Origin: a virus
Lineage: Duplodnaviria > Caudoviricetes
Strand: one strand, 5' to 3'
Virus record (IMG/VR): IMGVR_UViG_3300036851_000701
Coordinates: 1-56,623 of that record
DNA: 56,623 bases
Shown here: positions 53,514 through 56,623 of the stretch, piece after piece
Position numbering within the stretch: position 1 is the first letter of the stretch
Layout: the number at the start of each line of letters is the position of its first letter
Made by a program: the position numbers and the translations under genes
Notes under the pieces: generated by a model
The model's database searches: none
What the model saw: the letters and a program-made list of their open reading frames with translations, nothing else
Told to the model about the DNA's origin: nothing

Positions 53514-56100
53514 CCTCCCTGATGACGGCGACCTGTCCGGTGTGGTGGCCGCCGCGCTCGGCCGGCTGTCGCGCCGGCTGCGGCGCCGGCTGCGCGACGT
53601 CGGCTCGCTCGACGACCTCGGACCCGCGGAGATACGGGAGATGTGGCGGGTCGAGGTCGGCCCGATAGTCGACGCCGTAACGGAGGCGTTCGCGCTGTCG
53701 GCCGACGACGTCGCCGCGTCGTTCGGGATCTCCGGGTTCACCCCCAGATTCGCGGCCGAGCGCACGCTCGCCGAGGCGACCAACCGGCTGGTGAACGTGG
53801 CCGACGACGTCTGGGAGATCGCGCGGGCGCAGCTGGTCGAGGGCGTCGCCGCCGCCGAGTCGATCCCGCAGCTGTCGGCCCGCCTGTCGCGGCTGCCCCG
53901 GCTCGCCGGCCCCCGCGCCGAAACGGTCGCCCGCACCGAGGTGGTATCGGCGGCGAACCTGGCGTCGCTGGCGACCGCGCAGGCATCGGGGGTGGTCCAG
54001 ACCAAGACGTGGCTGGCGACGAACGACGACCGCACCCGAGAGGCGCACGCCGACGCTGACGGGCAGACGGTGCCGGTCGACCAGGCGTTCACGGTCGGCG
54101 GCGAGTCGCTGCAGTACCCTGGCGACCCGAGCGGCTCACCCGAGAACGTCATCAACTGCAGATGCACCCAGACGTACGGTGTCGCACCCGCCGGCGAGGC
54201 GATGGCGGCGGCCGACGAGGAGGACGCCATGCCGTGGCACATCGTGAAGGGCGGCGGCACGTGCGCCGACGCCGAGTGGGCCGTGATCAAGGACGACGAC
54301 GGCTCGACGGCCGGCTGCCACGAGACACAGGAGGACGCCCAGGCGCAGCTGGCGGCCCTCAACGCGGCCGAGAGCGAGGGCCTGCTGCCGCTCGTCGCCG
54401 GGCCTACCTGGTCGGGGGTGATCACCATCGAGGGGCGGCCGACGATGGAAGCGCCGGCCCGCGAGTTCGCCGCCGGGTCGCTGACGTGGGAGCGGCTGCC
54501 GGTCGTGCTGCAGTGGGAGAAGGAGGGCACCCACGGCGGCGAGCACTCCGTGACGGTGCCGGTCGGCACGGTCGACGAGATCGAACGGCGCGACGGCGGG
54601 ATCATCTGGGGGTCCGGCCGGCTGTCGACGGCATCGGAGGACGCCCTGACGGTCACCGAACTGATGCGGGAGGGCGTCGTGCGGTGGGTGTCGATCGTGC
54701 CCGACTCGATCACCGACGCCGACGTCGAGCTGGTCATGCCTGAGGACGCCGACGACGAGACAGTCGAGGAGGGCGACGACGGGGACTTCGTGATGCTGTT
54801 CGGTCCGGAGCCGGAGAAGGTCGTGTTCCACGCCGGCCGCATCCGGGCCGTCACCCTGGTGGATATCGCGGCGTTCATCGAGGCTGAGGTTGCGCTCGAC
54901 GAGCAGCCCGCGGCCGTCGAGCGCGACGACGCGGCGGGGAGCGCGCCCATGCCCCTCCCCGTCGCGTCGACCTCGAACGGCGCCGCCGCGGGGGCGATCG
55001 GCCCGCACGACTCCGGGACGTCGGAGGCGGCATGGGACAGCTCGGCGAACGAGGCGAGAGTGCGCAGCCCGGAGACGCTCGACTACTTCCGGGGGATCTA
55101 CGCGTGGGGGCCCGACCCGGACGTCGACGCCGAGGACGGCCGCTACCCGAAGTCCGCGTTCCGGTTCATCCACCACGAGGTCGGCGACGGCGGCCGTGCC
55201 GGCGCGGCGAACGTGACGGCGTGCTCGAACGCCATCGGCGTCCTGCACGGCGGCCGCGCCGGCACGACGATCCCGGTCGCCGACCGGCGCGGCGTCTACA
55301 ACCACCTGGCGAAGCACCTGCGCGACGCCGGCCGGGAGGTCCCGGAGTTCGACGTCGACGCCACCGTGGTCGCGGCCGGCACGCACACGCTCACGCTGCA
55401 CGACCGGCCGCCGGCCTGGTGGTTCGACGAGCCGACCGACGTCACCGCGCACGGGGCGCTGACGATCACCGACGAGGGACGGCTGTACGGATACCTGGCG
55501 CCGACGAACGTCGGGCACATCTCGCCGATCTTCAGGGGGCGCACCGTGCCGCTCGGCGCCGACTACCGCAGGTTCCTGCGGGGCGAGACGATCTGCGAGG
55601 GCGGCGACCGCGTCGTCACCGGCAACGTGACGATGGGCTGCAACCACGCCCCCCGCTCGTACGCCGGACCGGAAGTGGAGCAGTTCGAGAACTCGTGCTC
55701 GATCTTCGGCACCGCCCGTATCGGCGAGAACGGGCACGGCGTGTGGATCGCCGGCGCGGTGCTGCCGTCGGTGACGGCCGACATGGTCGACCGGGCGATG
55801 GCGTGCCAGTTGTCCGGGCACTGGCGACCGAAGGACGGCGTCGGCGGCGGCGTCGAATGCTTCTCGGCGCTGCTCGTGCCGGTACCGGGGTTCGCCGAGG
55901 GTCGCAGGCGGCCGTCGGTGCGCTACCGCGACGGCGCCCTGGTGGCGTCGGCGGTGCCGGTGCGGTTCGAGCGCACCCCCCACCGGACGACGGTCAACCT
56001 GGCCGGCCTGGCGGCGCACGCCGCCCGGCTGCAGGGCGAGCGCGACGAGAGGGCGGCCGAGCTGGCGGCCGCGATGGCCGGGAGGTGCGACTGTGGGTAA
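53506..56100 (+). CDS. MuF-like minor head protein / capsid maturation protease fusion
   Basis: ARTE, K.W....D.RTR..H..ADG and PGDP.G......NCRC (MuF), followed by a protease-like region (EG..T.....F, VG.V, GRI...TLV...AF..A) and a second region (G.W.AG, LSG.W, PGF). Confidence 0.85.
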   Translation: MPDLPDDGDLSGVVAAALGRLSRRLRRRLRDVGSLDDLGPAEIREMWRVEVGPIVDAVTEAFALSADDVAASFGISGFTPRFAAERTLAEATNRLVNVADDVWEIARAQLVEGVAAAESIPQLSARLSRLPRLAGPRAETVARTEVVSAANLASLATAQASGVVQTKTWLATNDDRTREAHADADGQTVPVDQAFTVGGESLQYPGDPSGSPENVINCRCTQTYGVAPAGEAMAAADEEDAMPWHIVKGGGTCADAEWAVIKDDDGSTAGCHETQEDAQAQLAALNAAESEGLLPLVAGPTWSGVITIEGRPTMEAPAREFAAGSLTWERLPVVLQWEKEGTHGGEHSVTVPVGTVDEIERRDGGIIWGSGRLSTASEDALTVTELMREGVVRWVSIVPDSITDADVELVMPEDADDETVEEGDDGDFVMLFGPEPEKVVFHAGRIRAVTLVDIAAFIEAEVALDEQPAAVERDDAAGSAPMPLPVASTSNGAAAGAIGPHDSGTSEAAWDSSANEARVRSPETLDYFRGIYAWGPDPDVDAEDGRYPKSAFRFIHHEVGDGGRAGAANVTACSNAIGVLHGGRAGTTIPVADRRGVYNHLAKHLRDAGREVPEFDVDATVVAAGTHTLTLHDRPPAWWFDEPTDVTAHGALTITDEGRLYGYLAPTNVGHISPIFRGRTVPLGADYRRFLRGETICEGGDRVVTGNVTMGCNHAPRSYAGPEVEQFENSCSIFGTARIGENGHGVWIAGAVLPSVTADMVDRAMACQLSGHWRPKDGVGGGVECFSALLVPVPGFAEGRRRPSVRYRDGALVASAVPVRFERTPHRTTVNLAGLAAHAARLQGERDERAAELAAAMAGRCDCG

Positions 56101-56308
56101 CTGCAGCTCGTGCGGCGGCAAGTCGGCGATCCAGACGATGACGTCGGCCCAGGCCCAGGCGATGGTCGCCGCCGCCCCGCAGGCCGACCGCTACTACTTC
56201 CTGGACGCGGCCGGCGTCGAGCACCGCTACCCGCTGTACTCGACGGCGGTGATCGCCCGCCGCTCGTTCCCGGGAGCGGGCCGGGTCCTTGACCTGCCGG
56301 CCGGCTGA
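56093..56308 (+). CDS. Small Cys-containing head-region protein
   Basis: MGNCSSCGG start; lies between the protease and capsid genes. Confidence 0.65.
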   Translation: MGNCSSCGGKSAIQTMTSAQAQAMVAAAPQADRYYFLDAAGVEHRYPLYSTAVIARRSFPGAGRVLDLPAG

Positions 56309-56317
56309 CGGCATGAT
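56289..56317 (+). promoter_or_regulatory. Sigma70-like promoter for the capsid operon
   Basis: TTGACC-17 nt-CATGAT. Confidence 0.55.
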
Positions 56318-56327
56318 GTGACGTTCA

Positions 56328-56433
56328 AGGGCGTCCCGCTGCCGTGGGAAGCCCCACCGGTCGAAGGGTGACCGGGGCACGCGGACCTGGCTCTGCGTCC
56401 GAAGTCGAGCGCCGACGGCGCGTCGACCGCCCT
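56328..56433 (+). ncRNA. Candidate structured cis-regulatory RNA in the capsid 5' leader
   Basis: Closing stem AGGGCG/CGCCCT encloses four hairpins, identified by eye. Confidence 0.35.
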
Positions 56434-56465
56434 CTCAGACGAACAGTCTTGGAGGAGAGACGCAG

Positions 56466-56623
56466 ATGGACGAAGAAACCCCCCTGGCCGTGATCGAGGT
56501 TCCCGAGGACCTGTCGACACTCTCCGACGACGCGCTGGCGGCGCTCGACGAGCAGCTCGCCGCCCGGTTCGCGGAGCTGTACGGCGACGGCCAGAACGTG
56601 CCGACCGAGGTGCTGGCCCAGCT
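56466..56623 (+). CDS. Major capsid protein, 5' end (continues across the join into 128-1733)
   Basis: GGAGGAG RBS; ATG GAC GAA GAA... is in frame with ORF 102-1733. Confidence 0.92.
   Translation, partial: MDEETPLAVIEVPEDLSTLSDDALAALDEQLAARFAELYGDGQNVPTEVLAQ
56497..56623. repeat. Terminal direct repeat, copy 2
   Basis: Identical to 1-127. Confidence 0.97.

Noticed and set aside
1-56623. Very frequent GTCGAC/TCGA words as a dispersed signal
   Set aside because: Plausibly explained by GTC-GAC and NTC-GAN codon pairs in a high-GC genome; a codon-aware statistical test would be needed to claim more.

Overview
This window is a complete, circularly permuted genome of a high-GC tailed phage, probably infecting an actinobacterium. 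Bases 1-127 are repeated exactly at 56497-56623, so the unit genome is 56,496 bp, and the major capsid gene spans the join (true ATG at 56466). The head and tail module resembles mycobacteriophage cluster B and related Streptomyces prophages: terS, terL, portal, MuF-protease fusion, large hexamer-type capsid protein, pentamer-type capsid protein, tail tube, adaptor and neck genes, frameshifted tail chaperone, tape measure and minor tail genes. Next come a second tail-tube paralog fused to an SGNH esterase, a seven-gene glycan biosynthesis/modification cluster and a lysis cassette. A leftward HNH/Gam/RecT-like operon follows. The rightward early region carries an HTH initiator, a DnaB-N/AAA helicase, HNH, RusA, a UvrD-like helicase, a ParB-like + GREB1/TAGT-like glycosyltransferase + UDG-like trio with a canonical parS palindrome inside it, a DUF932-like protein, a MerR-like HTH, an exported SGNH hydrolase and many small ORFs. 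I found no integrase, DNA polymerase, tRNA or CRISPR array. Non-coding signals read directly from the DNA include a GCTA-N6-TAGC dyad at four sites (three of them promoters with an identical 19-nt spacer), a CTACCCC start-associated motif, a leader peptide and hairpin coupled to the replication initiator, and a multi-stem leader ahead of the capsid gene. All function calls come from motif recognition by eye; no database searches were run.
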